Source: an uncultured Gammaproteobacteria bacterium
GTDB taxonomy: Bacteria > Patescibacteriota > Microgenomatia > UBA8517
Direction of reading: 5' to 3'
Assembly (NCBI GenBank): GCA_964587425.1
Contig: CAZPLB010000003.1
Span: 60,763-124,762, forward strand
DNA: 64,000 bases
Both the position numbers and the translations under genes were made by a program. How positions within the stretch are numbered: the first letter of the stretch is position 1; each line of letters opens with the position of its first letter. Below, in pieces: positions 47,653-57,225 of the stretch. The notes below the pieces were generated by a model. The model made no database searches, was not told the DNA's origin, and saw only the letters and a list, made by a program, of their open reading frames with translations.

Positions 47653-48018
47653 ATGATTAAGTCCATTTCATCACTTTTATTCTTTTCAAAAAATCTAAAG
47701 AGAACTTCTGAATTTTACAAGGCACTTGGCTTCAAGCCAGAGATAAAAGATAGTATGGTGAGTTTTTATGTGAACTGGTTTTCGGTCAACTTCATTGACA
47801 AGAAACACTCTGAATTTAAATCGGGATTTGAGGGTGATCTTGGCCGAGGCATGTTTATTTACATGAAAGTTGATGATGTAGACAAATTCTACAAATTCGT
47901 TCTCAAAAAGGGGATTAAGCCAGCGAGTATTCCGCGCGATTGGCCATGGAGAAACAGAGAATTTGTAGTCAAAGACCCAGATGGCTACAGACTTGTATTT
48001 TTTAACAAAATCAAATAA
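47653..48018 (+). CDS. VOC/glyoxalase family protein
   Basis: FYKALGF, VDDVD, WPW..REFVVKDPDGY; TTGACC-17-TAAAAT promoter. Confidence 0.88.
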   Translation: MIKSISSLLFFSKNLKRTSEFYKALGFKPEIKDSMVSFYVNWFSVNFIDKKHSEFKSGFEGDLGRGMFIYMKVDDVDKFYKFVLKKGIKPASIPRDWPWRNREFVVKDPDGYRLVFFNKIK

Positions 48019-48027
48019 CATATTCCC

Positions 48028-48423
48028 ATGACCAAAAACCCAGTAGTACATTTTGAAATGCCGGCAAAAGACAAGAAAAGAGCTTCAAAGTTTTACACAA
48101 ATGCATTTAGTTGGAATATGGTAATGACTGGCCCCGAAATGGGGAACTATTTAATTGCCCAAACTGCAGAAACTGATGAAAACAATATGGTTAAAACTCC
48201 AGGAACTATTAACGGTGGATTTTTTGAATATCAAGACAAACCAGGATTTACCCAGCCACACATAGTTATATCAGTAGACAATCTTGAAGAAAGCATGAAA
48301 AAAGTTGTTGATGAAGGTGGAACAATAGATGGTAAGCCAATGGATATTCAAACCATAGGCAAGTATGTAACTGCTATTGATCCAGAAGGAAATAGAGTAG
48401 GGTTGCTTCAGCCAGGAAAATAA
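48028..48423 (+). CDS. VOC/glyoxalase family protein
   Basis: VVHFEMPA.D..RA..FY, INGG, DPEGNRVGL. Confidence 0.9.
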   Translation: MTKNPVVHFEMPAKDKKRASKFYTNAFSWNMVMTGPEMGNYLIAQTAETDENNMVKTPGTINGGFFEYQDKPGFTQPHIVISVDNLEESMKKVVDEGGTIDGKPMDIQTIGKYVTAIDPEGNRVGLLQPGK

Positions 48424-48424
48424 T

Positions 48425-48796
48425 ATGTTAAATTTTAATTCAGTATTGCTGTCTTCAGAAAACTACAAAGTTCTCGCTGACTTCTACAAAAAAGTATTCC
48501 AAAAGGAACCAGAAATGGCAGAAGAAGGCTATACAGGTTTTTTAGTTGGCAGTTGTTTCTTAAGTATTGGTGCTCATGACAAAATTCATGGCAAAAACAC
48601 CAACCCAGACAGAATCCTCCTTAATTTTGAAACAGATGATGTCAAAGGAGAATTTGAAAGAATCAAAGCTTTGGGAGCAGAAGTTGTAAAAGAACCTTAT
48701 TCAATGGGGGAGAACAATGATTTTTGGATAGCAACATTCGCTGATCCAGACAAAAACTACTTCCAGTTAATAACTCCTTGGAAGGCAGAGAAATAA
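48425..48796 (+). CDS. VOC/glyoxalase family protein
   Basis: LADFYKKVF, LNFETDDV, ATFADPDKNYFQL. Confidence 0.88.
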   Translation: MLNFNSVLLSSENYKVLADFYKKVFQKEPEMAEEGYTGFLVGSCFLSIGAHDKIHGKNTNPDRILLNFETDDVKGEFERIKALGAEVVKEPYSMGENNDFWIATFADPDKNYFQLITPWKAEK

Positions 48797-48803
48797 TTTC
48801 CAA

Positions 48804-49181
48804 ATGAGAGAAGATTGTCGTAAATCGTCCACAGAACCCCTAAGCTCGGAAGACAGATTAGTACAACTTGTAACTGAACTAGGACTCAAAGAGACTGAAG
48901 CAATGCGAGATTTAAGATCAAGGATTGAAGCCTCAGATATCAAAGCTAGTCTGGGAACATATCAAGATTTGGCAGGTGTGGAGATTGATAAATACAGTGA
49001 AATACCCCAAAGGGAGAATGCACAAATTGGATTAATTGTTATGTCTGCAGTGATTTGCCGTAAACTTGGAGCAGAGGAAGGATACATTGATGCCCTAGAT
49101 GCAGCTATTAATTATGCAGAAGGTATTGGAAGCGAAGACATTGCAAAAGAGTTAAGAGACTTAATCTCCAAAACAAGATAA
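48804..49181 (+). CDS. Hypothetical helical protein
   Basis: 125-aa ORF. Confidence 0.6.
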   Translation: MREDCRKSSTEPLSSEDRLVQLVTELGLKETEAMRDLRSRIEASDIKASLGTYQDLAGVEIDKYSEIPQRENAQIGLIVMSAVICRKLGAEEGYIDALDAAINYAEGIGSEDIAKELRDLISKTR

Positions 49182-49202
49182 GCAAAAATACTCTAATTAG
49201 TG

Positions 49203-49314
49203 TCAGCACAAGCTCCCGTGGAGTTGGAAGGTCGACTTGCCTTCATCGTAATGCTTGCGCATCCCGCAGTAGAGCCTTTCTGCATTTCAACCCCACAGCA
49301 ACTTGCAACTCTGA
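49203..49314 (-). ncRNA. Candidate structured non-coding RNA (unassigned family)
   Basis: GC-rich island in an AT-rich intergenic gap; long closing stem plus three hairpins; G-U pairs and a GCAA tetraloop favour the minus strand. Confidence 0.55.
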
Positions 49315-49390
49315 AGATATTATATATCACTGATGTCAAGGATATGATTCTCCGTTTTTATTTAGGTTAGAAAATGAAGAGAGAGACTTG

Positions 49391-49795
49391 TTAGATACTA
49401 CCCACAATTTTCTCCAAGAACTCGCGATCTTCAGTCACTGCCATTTGTTCGATTGCACCATCAATCTCAAACCAATCATATAGTTCGTCTGCTTTTTGGT
49501 GGAAATCTGGCTTGTCTGAAGTCATTAAAAACATGTGAATATCTTTCAAAACAGGTGTACCATCTCTTTCTGTTGCTTGTTTGGTATATACACCAAGTTT
49601 CTTGACAATTTTTAATTCTGTTAGTCCAGTTTCTTCAGTTACTTCCCTCATTGCAGCTTGTTCAAAAGTTTCACCGTCTTCTACATGGCCTTTTGGAAAC
49701 CCCAAACCTTTTATGTGTGTGTAAATAGTCAACAATATTTTTTTGTTTGGATTAGTCTTAACTACTATTCCTCCTGCTGATATTACCTTTTTCAT
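49391..49795 (-). CDS. NUDIX hydrolase
   Basis: PKGHVEDGETFEQAAMREVTEETG Nudix box; start MKKVISAGG. Confidence 0.9.
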   Translation of the reverse strand: MKKVISAGGIVVKTNPNKKILLTIYTHIKGLGFPKGHVEDGETFEQAAMREVTEETGLTELKIVKKLGVYTKQATERDGTPVLKDIHMFLMTSDKPDFHQKADELYDWFEIDGAIEQMAVTEDREFLEKIVGSI

Positions 49796-49825
49796 TTGTT
49801 TGTAATTATAATACACTAAAGCGAA

Positions 49826-50338
49826 ATGACTAACCCAACACAAACAATTGACTGGAAAGGGGATAAGTTTGTAGTTGAATGGATAAAAACTAATTCTCTT
49901 AAAGGTATGACTCCAATTAATCAGGTGTATGGTGTTTGCTTTAATGACAAAGACGAGATCTTGATTGCCAGAAAAGAAGGCAGAGGATACTGGATAGTTC
50001 CAGGAGGACATCCAGAGAAGAATGAAACTACAGAGGAAACTTTAGAACGTGAAATGATTGAGGAAGCTGATGTAAAGATTAAAAACATCAAAGTTCTTGG
50101 AGCACAAAAAGTATATCCAGAAGGAAAACCAAAAGAATATTTTTACCAAGTAAGATGTATTTGTGAAGTTGATAAAATTCTACCTCAAACCCCAGACCCA
50201 GATGATAATAAAAACTGGGAGAGAAAGTTTGTACCAACAGATAAAATAACTAAATTTGTTAAATGGGGGGTAATTGGAAATGCAATGTTCAAAGATGCAA
50301 TTAAACTTCATGATTTATCTCTGGAAGTGTTAAAATAG
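49826..50338 (+). CDS. NUDIX hydrolase
   Basis: PGGHPEKNETTEETLEREMIEEAD Nudix box. Confidence 0.88.
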   Translation: MTNPTQTIDWKGDKFVVEWIKTNSLKGMTPINQVYGVCFNDKDEILIARKEGRGYWIVPGGHPEKNETTEETLEREMIEEADVKIKNIKVLGAQKVYPEGKPKEYFYQVRCICEVDKILPQTPDPDDNKNWERKFVPTDKITKFVKWGVIGNAMFKDAIKLHDLSLEVLK

Positions 50339-50342
50339 CTTC

Positions 50343-50927
50343 ATGGATGTTTTTGAATACAAAATAAAATTGGCAGAAGAAATAATAGAGGAACGAGAGT
50401 TTGTGAATAATAAATATCTATCTTTAAAGGTGGAAACTATAAAACAGTTTCGTGATCTAATTATTCAATTCGTTATAATATCTTCAGGTATAATTGGCTT
50501 TACCTTACCGGTTTTTGACAAAACACAACTAGTAAAAAATAAAACATTTTTAATTGGTGGTCTAGCGGAATTATTAATCATTGTTTTATTTGGATTTTAC
50601 TATTTAAAAAATATTCTTGAAAAGGAAAATGATTCGCTAGAAAAAGACAGTAAAGCATTTAACGAATATCTCGATAAAAAAAGAGATGCTAAAATAGAAT
50701 TTATAAAAAGTTTAAATGGCCACACCAAATCTGATGCATTTAAAATTTACGAGGAAGAAAACCACCAAGCACTTATCGTATTAAATAACAAAGTAAAAAC
50801 CCGACCTTCACAAAAAGATTATGTTCTAGACTTGGTATTTATTGCTTTCTTTCTCGGCCTCGCTTTAATTGTTTTATCTCTAACAGATTTTAATTTTTAT
50901 TTTCTATTAAAAATATTTAATCTATGA
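50343..50927 (+). CDS. Hypothetical membrane protein
   Basis: Three TM segments with a coiled-coil loop; very AT-rich. Confidence 0.65.
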   Translation: MDVFEYKIKLAEEIIEEREFVNNKYLSLKVETIKQFRDLIIQFVIISSGIIGFTLPVFDKTQLVKNKTFLIGGLAELLIIVLFGFYYLKNILEKENDSLEKDSKAFNEYLDKKRDAKIEFIKSLNGHTKSDAFKIYEEENHQALIVLNNKVKTRPSQKDYVLDLVFIAFFLGLALIVLSLTDFNFYFLLKIFNL

Positions 50928-51919
50928 ATCTGAAAGTAGGTATAGTAGGTCTCCCAAATGTAGGAAAGTCCACTCTCTTTAATGCACTTCTAAAAAGACA
51001 AGTTGCATATGTAGCAAACTTTCCATTTGCTACAGTTGAACCAAATGTTGGCATTGTTCCAGTTCCTGACAATCGTCTTCAAAAACTATCTGAAGCAGTT
51101 AAAACTTCTGAAAATACACCGGATCTTCCTCCAGAAGTTCCAGCTACTGTAGAGTTTGTAGATATTGCAGGAATAATTAAAGGAGCAAGTAAGGGTGAAG
51201 GATTGGGAAATAAATTTCTGAGCCACATTAGAGAAGTTGATGCCATCTGCTATGTTCTTCGTGGTTTTAGTGACCCAGACATTATTAAAGAGGGAAGTAC
51301 TGACCCAAAGTCTGATTTTGAAATATTAAAAACAGAACTTGACCTAGCTGACTTTGAAACAGTTGAAAAACACAAAACAAAAAAGAACCAAACACAAGAA
51401 GAACTACCATTATTTAGTAAAAAACCATTCCTTGTTGTAATTAATGTTGATGAAAATGATTTAAAAGATGCAACCAAAATCGAAGTAGAGTATGCTTCAA
51501 AACTTGGAATTCACACCCACCAGGTTATAGCAATCTCTGCCAAAATTGAATCCGAACTCTCAGATCTCACCGAAGGTGATGGAAAAAAATATCTTGAAGA
51601 CCTTGGGGTAAAAGAATCAGGGTTAGAGCGGCTCATCAAAAAAGCATTTGAAACTCTTGGATTAATTACATTTCTAACAGCGGGCGTTAAAGAAGTACGT
51701 GCATGGACCATTCCTGTAGGAATAGATGCTCAAAATGCAGCTGGTGTTATTCACACTGACTTCATTAAAAAATTCATAAAAGCAGATGTTGTTGACTATA
51801 AAGATTTTGTTGAACTGGAAGGGTGGAAAAATTGTCGTGAAAAAGGCAAAGTAAGAAGTGAAGGTCGTGACTATATTATGAAAGACGGAGATGTTGTAGA
51901 GTTCAAGATTGGGAGCTGA
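50924..51919 (+). CDS. ychF: Ribosome-binding ATPase YchF
   Basis: [31 protein letters not shown] domain ([15 protein letters not shown]). Confidence 0.94.
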   Translation: MNLKVGIVGLPNVGKSTLFNALLKRQVAYVANFPFATVEPNVGIVPVPDNRLQKLSEAVKTSENTPDLPPEVPATVEFVDIAGIIKGASKGEGLGNKFLSHIREVDAICYVLRGFSDPDIIKEGSTDPKSDFEILKTELDLADFETVEKHKTKKNQTQEELPLFSKKPFLVVINVDENDLKDATKIEVEYASKLGIHTHQVIAISAKIESELSDLTEGDGKKYLEDLGVKESGLERLIKKAFETLGLITFLTAGVKEVRAWTIPVGIDAQNAAGVIHTDFIKKFIKADVVDYKDFVELEGWKNCREKGKVRSEGRDYIMKDGDVVEFKIGS

Positions 51920-52481
51920 AGAAAGACATAATTTGTTTTTCTTGATCTGCAGTTAAATTAGTTGAAACACCTTCTTTCTCATAAAAACCCAACCCACCTT
52001 CCTTCCTTGTCAAATCTCCTTTTATACTAATCTTTTCTACACCCTCGTCCTTAAGCAGAAGTCTACCTAGATTGTATAAAAATTTACCAACACCTCTTCC
52101 TCTAAATTTAGACCCAACAGAAAACCCATCAACATCTCCCTTAAATGAGTTACTAATCATAGCAATATGTTCTGGTAATTCTTTGTCAGAATTATCCTCA
52201 ATGGAAGTTAGAAGATTAATATAAAGAAAAGCAGTTTCCGGTTTTTGTTCAGTCACTCTAAAATCAATATGGCCAATTGGTATCATGGCATTATTTTCCT
52301 TTGTATAAACCACAAAGAAATGATCTTTTCCTACAATTCTGCCACTTGAGAGAGCGGGGGTTTCTATGCGACAAAGGAACATGTTCCCATTTAAGGGAAC
52401 CAGGGGAGAATATCTAACCTTACCATTTTGTTCTTTAAGGCTAATTTGCTCAATAATTCCAGAATCGACAATATTCTCCAT
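51903..52481 (-). CDS. GNAT-family acetyltransferase-like protein
   Basis: FRGRGVGKFL acetyl-CoA loop and GFYEKEG. Confidence 0.6.
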   Translation of the reverse strand: MENIVDSGIIEQISLKEQNGKVRYSPLVPLNGNMFLCRIETPALSSGRIVGKDHFFVVYTKENNAMIPIGHIDFRVTEQKPETAFLYINLLTSIEDNSDKELPEHIAMISNSFKGDVDGFSVGSKFRGRGVGKFLYNLGRLLLKDEGVEKISIKGDLTRKEGGLGFYEKEGVSTNLTADQEKQIMSFFSSQS

Positions 52482-52523
52482 AGCTAGAAAAAAGTATAAC
52501 ACCATGCTATACTTTCCGTACTT

Positions 52524-52805
52524 ATGAATAAATACGAACTAACCATAGTCCTAGATGGCAAGGCAACTGCTGCCAAAAAGAAGTCAGTTACTGAAAAGCT
52601 TGAAAAGATGATTAAAGCCCTGAAGGGGAATGTTGTTAAGGTTAAAGACTGGGGAATAAAAGACTTGTACTATGAAATCAAAAAGTCTGAAACTGGCGCA
52701 TTTTTAATTTTTGAACTAGAATTGGAAGGCCAAGGAGCCAAAACAATTAATGATAAATTGAGGCTAGAAGAAGAAGTAATCAGATATTTATTAATTAGAA
52801 AGTAA
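52524..52805 (+). CDS. rpsF: 30S ribosomal protein S6
   Basis: YELTIVL, WG.K.L.YEIKK, VIRYLL; rpsF-ssb-rpsR order. Confidence 0.95.
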   Translation: MNKYELTIVLDGKATAAKKKSVTEKLEKMIKALKGNVVKVKDWGIKDLYYEIKKSETGAFLIFELELEGQGAKTINDKLRLEEEVIRYLLIRK

Positions 52806-53305
52806 TGGCAAGAAGTTTAAATAAAGTTATGCTAATTGGGAACCTGACTCGGGATCCTGAGTTAAGGTACACCCCCCAGGGAACTGGTGTAATTACTTTT
52901 AGTATTGCAACCAATAGACAGTGGAAGACAGAGAGTGGAGATCAGAAAGACGAAGCAGAATTTCATAGAATTGTAGCTTGGGACAAGTTAGCTGAAATTT
53001 GTGCAAAGATGCTTTTCAAGGGGACAAGATGTTACGTTGAAGGAAGACTGCAAACAAGAAGTTGGCAGGCACAGGATGGAGCACAGAAGCAGACAACTGA
53101 GATAGTAATTTCAGATATGATTGTCCTTGACTCAAAAAGACAAGGCGGAGATGAAATTAATGTTCCAGAGGATATGGGTGAAGAGAAAGTAGAGTCAAAA
53201 ACAAAGGAAGAGAAACCAGAAGTAAAAGAAACCAAAAAGCCAGTTAAGGAGAAAAAAGAGGAAGAACCAAAAGATTTAAACGTTGAAGAGGATATTCCTT
53301 TCTAA
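52805..53305 (+). CDS. ssb: Single-stranded DNA-binding protein
   Basis: LNKVMLIGNLTRDPELRYT, VEGRLQTR, C-terminal DIPF. Confidence 0.97.
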   Translation: MARSLNKVMLIGNLTRDPELRYTPQGTGVITFSIATNRQWKTESGDQKDEAEFHRIVAWDKLAEICAKMLFKGTRCYVEGRLQTRSWQAQDGAQKQTTEIVISDMIVLDSKRQGGDEINVPEDMGEEKVESKTKEEKPEVKETKKPVKEKKEEEPKDLNVEEDIPF

Positions 53306-53315
53306 ATCTAAATAT

Positions 53316-53555
53316 ATGATGAAAAAGAAAATAGTTAAAAAAGAAGTAAAGCTAAATGCCCATTGCCCATTCTGTATTAACAGAACAGATCCAAATTATT
53401 TGGAAGTAGATGAATTAAAGAAATTAGTCTCAGACAGAGGCAGAATCTTGTCTCGCGGCCGTTCTGGACTTTGTTCAAAACACCAGAAAAAGTTAGCAAT
53501 AGCAGTTAAAAGAGCAAGACATTTGGGACTTCTGCCTTTCAAGGGCGGGTTCTAA
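53316..53555 (+). CDS. rpsR: 30S ribosomal protein S18
   Basis: CPFC, SDRGRIL, HQKKLA.AVKRAR.LGLLP. Confidence 0.95.
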   Translation: MMKKKIVKKEVKLNAHCPFCINRTDPNYLEVDELKKLVSDRGRILSRGRSGLCSKHQKKLAIAVKRARHLGLLPFKGGF

Positions 53556-53574
53556 AGCTCTTGAGAATTTATTC

Positions 53575-54810
53575 ATGAAATTTAAACTTGCCACAGTCAG
53601 GAAGATTTTTTTTGTTGCAATTTTTGCCTCATTGGTTTTTCTCTCCGGTTACTCAGTTGGTAAGGCAGGTTTCGTAGCTGAGCTCGCAAACTTCCCAAGA
53701 GTCCATATAACAAGAATTACTCCAGTTAAAGATTTAGACTTCGCCTTGTTTTGGAAAGTATGGGACACTATCAATAATTCCTACTACGACAAATCAAAAG
53801 TGAAAAAGGGAGATATGGTGTACGGTGCCATTAGAGGAATGGTGGCATCCTTAGGTGATCCATACACTCTTTTCCTAACCCCATCAGACAACAAAGTCTC
53901 AAATGAAGACTTACAAGGGAATTTTAGTGGAGTAGGGATTCAAATTGGGTTCAAAGGAACACAGTTAGTGGTAATTGCCCCTCTTCCAGAGTCCCCAGCA
54001 GAGAAAGCAGGAGTAAAGGCAGGAGACCTAATAATGGGAATAAAAGACACATCAAAAGGTGTTGATATTGGTACAGCAAATATTAATCTTCAGGAAGCAG
54101 TCCAACATATCAGAGGCCAAAAGGGTACAAAGGTAACACTTACTCTCATGCGCGAAGGAAGCGACAAGCCAATAGTTGTAGATTTAGTAAGAGAACAGAT
54201 AAATGTTCCCAGCGTCACATTAAAATACACCGGAAAAAATAATGAAATTGCCCACCTTTCAATTTTGAAGTTTGGTGCAGAAACCCCAGGTGAATGGCAA
54301 AAAAGCGTCAACGAGATAGCAGCAAAAGGAGATAGTATTAAAGGGATAGTTCTTGATTTGAGAAATAACCCAGGAGGATACCTCCAAGATGCAGTTGATA
54401 TTGCAGGAGAATTTCTAGAAGCAAATTCAGTTGCAGTAATCCAGGCAACAGTAGACACGCAAATTCCATTGAAAACAGACCGTGAGGGAAGATTCATTAA
54501 TGCAAAAGTAGTAGTTCTTGTAAACGGTGGATCTGCTTCAGCTAGTGAAATTTTGGCAGGAGCGCTTCGTGACAACAAAAAAATAAAACTAATTGGTGAA
54601 AAAACATTTGGCAAAGGAACTATTCAGGAACCCCAGGAATTAGATGGTGGGGCAGGACTCCACATTACTATTGCCAAATGGCTAACCCCAAATGGAACCT
54701 GGGTCCACGACAAAGGCCTAGAGCCCGATGACAAAGTAGAAGACAAAGCAGATACAGAAGAAGATGAGCAGCTTCTTGAAGCAGTTAAAGTACTCTCAGG
54801 AAGTTTTTGA
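53575..54810 (+). CDS. S41-family C-terminal processing peptidase (CtpA-like)
   Basis: LGDPYT, PDZ GVGI, LDLRNNPGG, SASASEI, TFGKG. Confidence 0.93.
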   Translation: MKFKLATVRKIFFVAIFASLVFLSGYSVGKAGFVAELANFPRVHITRITPVKDLDFALFWKVWDTINNSYYDKSKVKKGDMVYGAIRGMVASLGDPYTLFLTPSDNKVSNEDLQGNFSGVGIQIGFKGTQLVVIAPLPESPAEKAGVKAGDLIMGIKDTSKGVDIGTANINLQEAVQHIRGQKGTKVTLTLMREGSDKPIVVDLVREQINVPSVTLKYTGKNNEIAHLSILKFGAETPGEWQKSVNEIAAKGDSIKGIVLDLRNNPGGYLQDAVDIAGEFLEANSVAVIQATVDTQIPLKTDREGRFINAKVVVLVNGGSASASEILAGALRDNKKIKLIGEKTFGKGTIQEPQELDGGAGLHITIAKWLTPNGTWVHDKGLEPDDKVEDKADTEEDEQLLEAVKVLSGSF

Positions 54811-54825
54811 GAGAGACAAAGAATA

Positions 54826-55272
54826 ATGGCAGATCCTCGACAGACAGACGAATTTAAAATGTACGAAGAGCACCTTGGCCAACCAGAAAAAGTTGCAAAT
54901 TTTCTCGAAAGCACTGGGATCAAGAAATACCCTTCTGCCAAAGATATTTTATCTTGGCTATCAACTTCAAAGACAAACCCTTTAATTACAAAAAATGTTC
55001 TTAAATTTATCTGGAGTGAAGTAGAGGAAAGAAGAATTGTAACTATTTCGCAAGAGGATGAGAACACTCTGTTGCATGTTGAAATCACTGGACCAAAAGG
55101 TAACGATCCAAACGCAACATGGCAAAAAACATTAGATGAAAAAGAACCAATAGGGGAAATAACTTACGACAAGGAAGAAAATAAATTATTAGTCCAAGGA
55201 AAAAAACGATTATTTACAATTGCTCCAGATGGACAGATAGGAACAACTTGGGAACAGCAACCCAAGAATTAA
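54826..55272 (+). CDS. Hypothetical protein
   Basis: 148-aa ORF. Confidence 0.6.
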   Translation: MADPRQTDEFKMYEEHLGQPEKVANFLESTGIKKYPSAKDILSWLSTSKTNPLITKNVLKFIWSEVEERRIVTISQEDENTLLHVEITGPKGNDPNATWQKTLDEKEPIGEITYDKEENKLLVQGKKRLFTIAPDGQIGTTWEQQPKN

Positions 55273-55982
55273 ATAATTAAATTCTTTGTCGCAGCCAGGA
55301 TTTTATCTATCTCTCCATCAATAATTTTTTCCAAGTTTCCAAAACTCTTTCCAATTCTGTGATCTGTCACCCTATCCTGTGCAAAATTATATGTTCTAAT
55401 CTTCTCACTTCTCATCCCTCGTCCTATTGAACTTCTGTACCCAGCAACTGTTCTCATTTTTTCTTCCTCTTGGCGTTCAAAAAGTTTGGCTCTTAAAATG
55501 TCCATTGCAATGTTCCTGTTTTGTTCCTGAAACCGCTCTGTCTGTGCTGTCACTACTATCCCACTAGGACGGTGGGTGAGCCTTACTGCAGTCGAAACTT
55601 TATTTACGTTTTGTCCTCCATGCCCTCCGGACCTGAAAAACTGTATATCAAGATCGTCAGGTCGAATTACAACATCGCTTTCTTTCACCTCGGGAAGAAC
55701 CGCAACGGTTGCAGTCGAAGTGTGAACCCTACCCCTTTTTTCAGTTTTTGGAACTCTCTGAACCCGGTGTACTCCGCTTTCATTTTTCAGTAAATCAAAG
55801 ACTCCAACACCAGTTATCCTCAGAACATTTTCATCAACGACCTCAGTTTTGAGGTTTTGCTTTACAAAATATCTGCTGTACATTCGGAAAAGATCATTGG
55901 CCCAAATTTTTGCTTCATCGCCTCCAGTTGCTCCTCTTACTTCCAAGTATGCAGTTTGGTTAGTGGGGAATTGATTGTCCAT
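55269..55982 (-). CDS. prfA: Peptide chain release factor 1 (lacking N-terminal domain)
   Basis: ESGVHRVQRVPKTE (PxT), GHGGQNVNK, RSEKIRTYN, RVTDHR; downstream of rpmE. Confidence 0.88.
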   Translation of the reverse strand: MDNQFPTNQTAYLEVRGATGGDEAKIWANDLFRMYSRYFVKQNLKTEVVDENVLRITGVGVFDLLKNESGVHRVQRVPKTEKRGRVHTSTATVAVLPEVKESDVVIRPDDLDIQFFRSGGHGGQNVNKVSTAVRLTHRPSGIVVTAQTERFQEQNRNIAMDILRAKLFERQEEEKMRTVAGYRSSIGRGMRSEKIRTYNFAQDRVTDHRIGKSFGNLEKIIDGEIDKILAATKNLII

Positions 55983-56002
55983 AGTGTTGCAGAGTGAAAG
56001 GA

Positions 56003-56302
56003 TTACCCGCGAAGTTGGGAAAGCGTTTCTGGTCTTGCAAGCTCTTCTTGTAGTTTCTTTTCGCGCTTTAACTTCCTCTTTTCAGTCTTTGAAACAGTTT
56101 TTTTGACATTAGACATACGAGCTTTGAATGCGTCAACCCGTCCTGCTGTATCAATGAACTTCATCTGACCAGTATAGAAAGGATGACAGTTGGAGCATAT
56201 TTCAACCTTGATCTCAGGCACAGTTGCACCTATTGTAAATGCATTACCACAGGCACAAGTTACCTTTGCCTGATACCATTTTGGATGTGTTGCAGTTTTC
56301 AT
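56003..56302 (-). CDS. rpmE: 50S ribosomal protein L31
   Basis: HP.W....[21 protein letters not shown]. Confidence 0.96.
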   Translation of the reverse strand: MKTATHPKWYQAKVTCACGNAFTIGATVPEIKVEICSNCHPFYTGQMKFIDTAGRVDAFKARMSNVKKTVSKTEKRKLKREKKLQEELARPETLSQLRG

Positions 56303-56310
56303 GTGTGAGC

Positions 56311-57225
56311 CTATTTTACCACACGCCTCTTGTATTCGGCAATGGCTATGCCAATAACCACAATTATTGAGCCAATTATGAAAGAGGTCGTCATCTTTTC
56401 ACCAAGTAGGACTACAGCAAAAGGAATAGTGAAAACTGTCTGCAAATAGGTGAATAGTGCAGCCTCCGATACTTCAATTGTTTTCTGCCCCTTTTGGTAA
56501 AGGAAGTACCCAAGTGCCCCAGAGAAAACTGCCATGTAAACTACTCCTAAATGAGATATAAGTGAAGCATTTGAAATCATACTAAAAATTTTTCCAAATG
56601 ACCCTGTTTCAACCAAAGCCATCGGAATCATTGTTACAAATCCAACCACAAATCCGGCTGTTGTCAAAAGTATTGGGTCAGCGTTTTTTCTCAACGATTT
56701 CTTAGACAAAACAACAAATCCAATCCAGGCAAAGTTTGCAAGAACAATTAAAAAATTACCCAGAATATTCGAATACCCATCTCCTTTGGTTTCAAAAAAG
56801 GGAATGACAGTTAGGACAAAGGTGCCAATAATAGTAACTAATATTCCAACCTTTTCTTGTTTTGTAATGTGTTCCTTCAAGAAAATTACTCCTGCCAAAA
56901 CTACAAGCATTGGGCCTGTTCCTGTAATTATTGCCTGGTCAATAACTGTAGTTAGTTTTGTTCCATAAAAAAGAAGACTCAAGTTTAATGTGGTTCCAAA
57001 AAATGAAAGAAGAATTAAATTAAATATCTCACTCCTATTTCTGGGCAGCCGAACTTTTTTATAGATAGCAAAAGGCACAAGTAAGATGACTATTAGGAAA
57101 AATCTATACAAAAGAAACACAAAAGGGGAGAGTTCATTAAGAGTAACCTTAACCACAACCCCCGCAAATCCCCAGATCAAAGCAGCAAGGGTTAAATAAA
57201 TGTAGGCAGTAAGTCTTCGCGACAT
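56311..57225 (-). CDS. EamA/DMT family transporter
   Basis: IWG, R in TM2, FLKEHI, LLGEKM; two repeats, about 10 TM. Confidence 0.9.
   Translation of the reverse strand: MSRRLTAYIYLTLAALIWGFAGVVVKVTLNELSPFVFLLYRFFLIVILLVPFAIYKKVRLPRNRSEIFNLILLSFFGTTLNLSLLFYGTKLTTVIDQAIITGTGPMLVVLAGVIFLKEHITKQEKVGILVTIIGTFVLTVIPFFETKGDGYSNILGNFLIVLANFAWIGFVVLSKKSLRKNADPILLTTAGFVVGFVTMIPMALVETGSFGKIFSMISNASLISHLGVVYMAVFSGALGYFLYQKGQKTIEVSEAALFTYLQTVFTIPFAVVLLGEKMTTSFIIGSIIVVIGIAIAEYKRRVVK

Noticed and set aside
49203-49314. Structured element as tRNA, 5S rRNA, SRP RNA or an intrinsic terminator
   Set aside because: No TTCRA T-loop, 7-nt anticodon loop or CCA; no 5S conserved motifs; no SRP CAGG-GRAA-AGCA domain; too complex and no adjacent U-tract for a simple terminator
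55269-55982. prfB with programmed +1 frameshift, or ArfB/PrfH
   Set aside because: PxT rather than SPF motif, no upstream CTT-TGA segment, codon-recognition domains retained, and rpmE-prfA synteny
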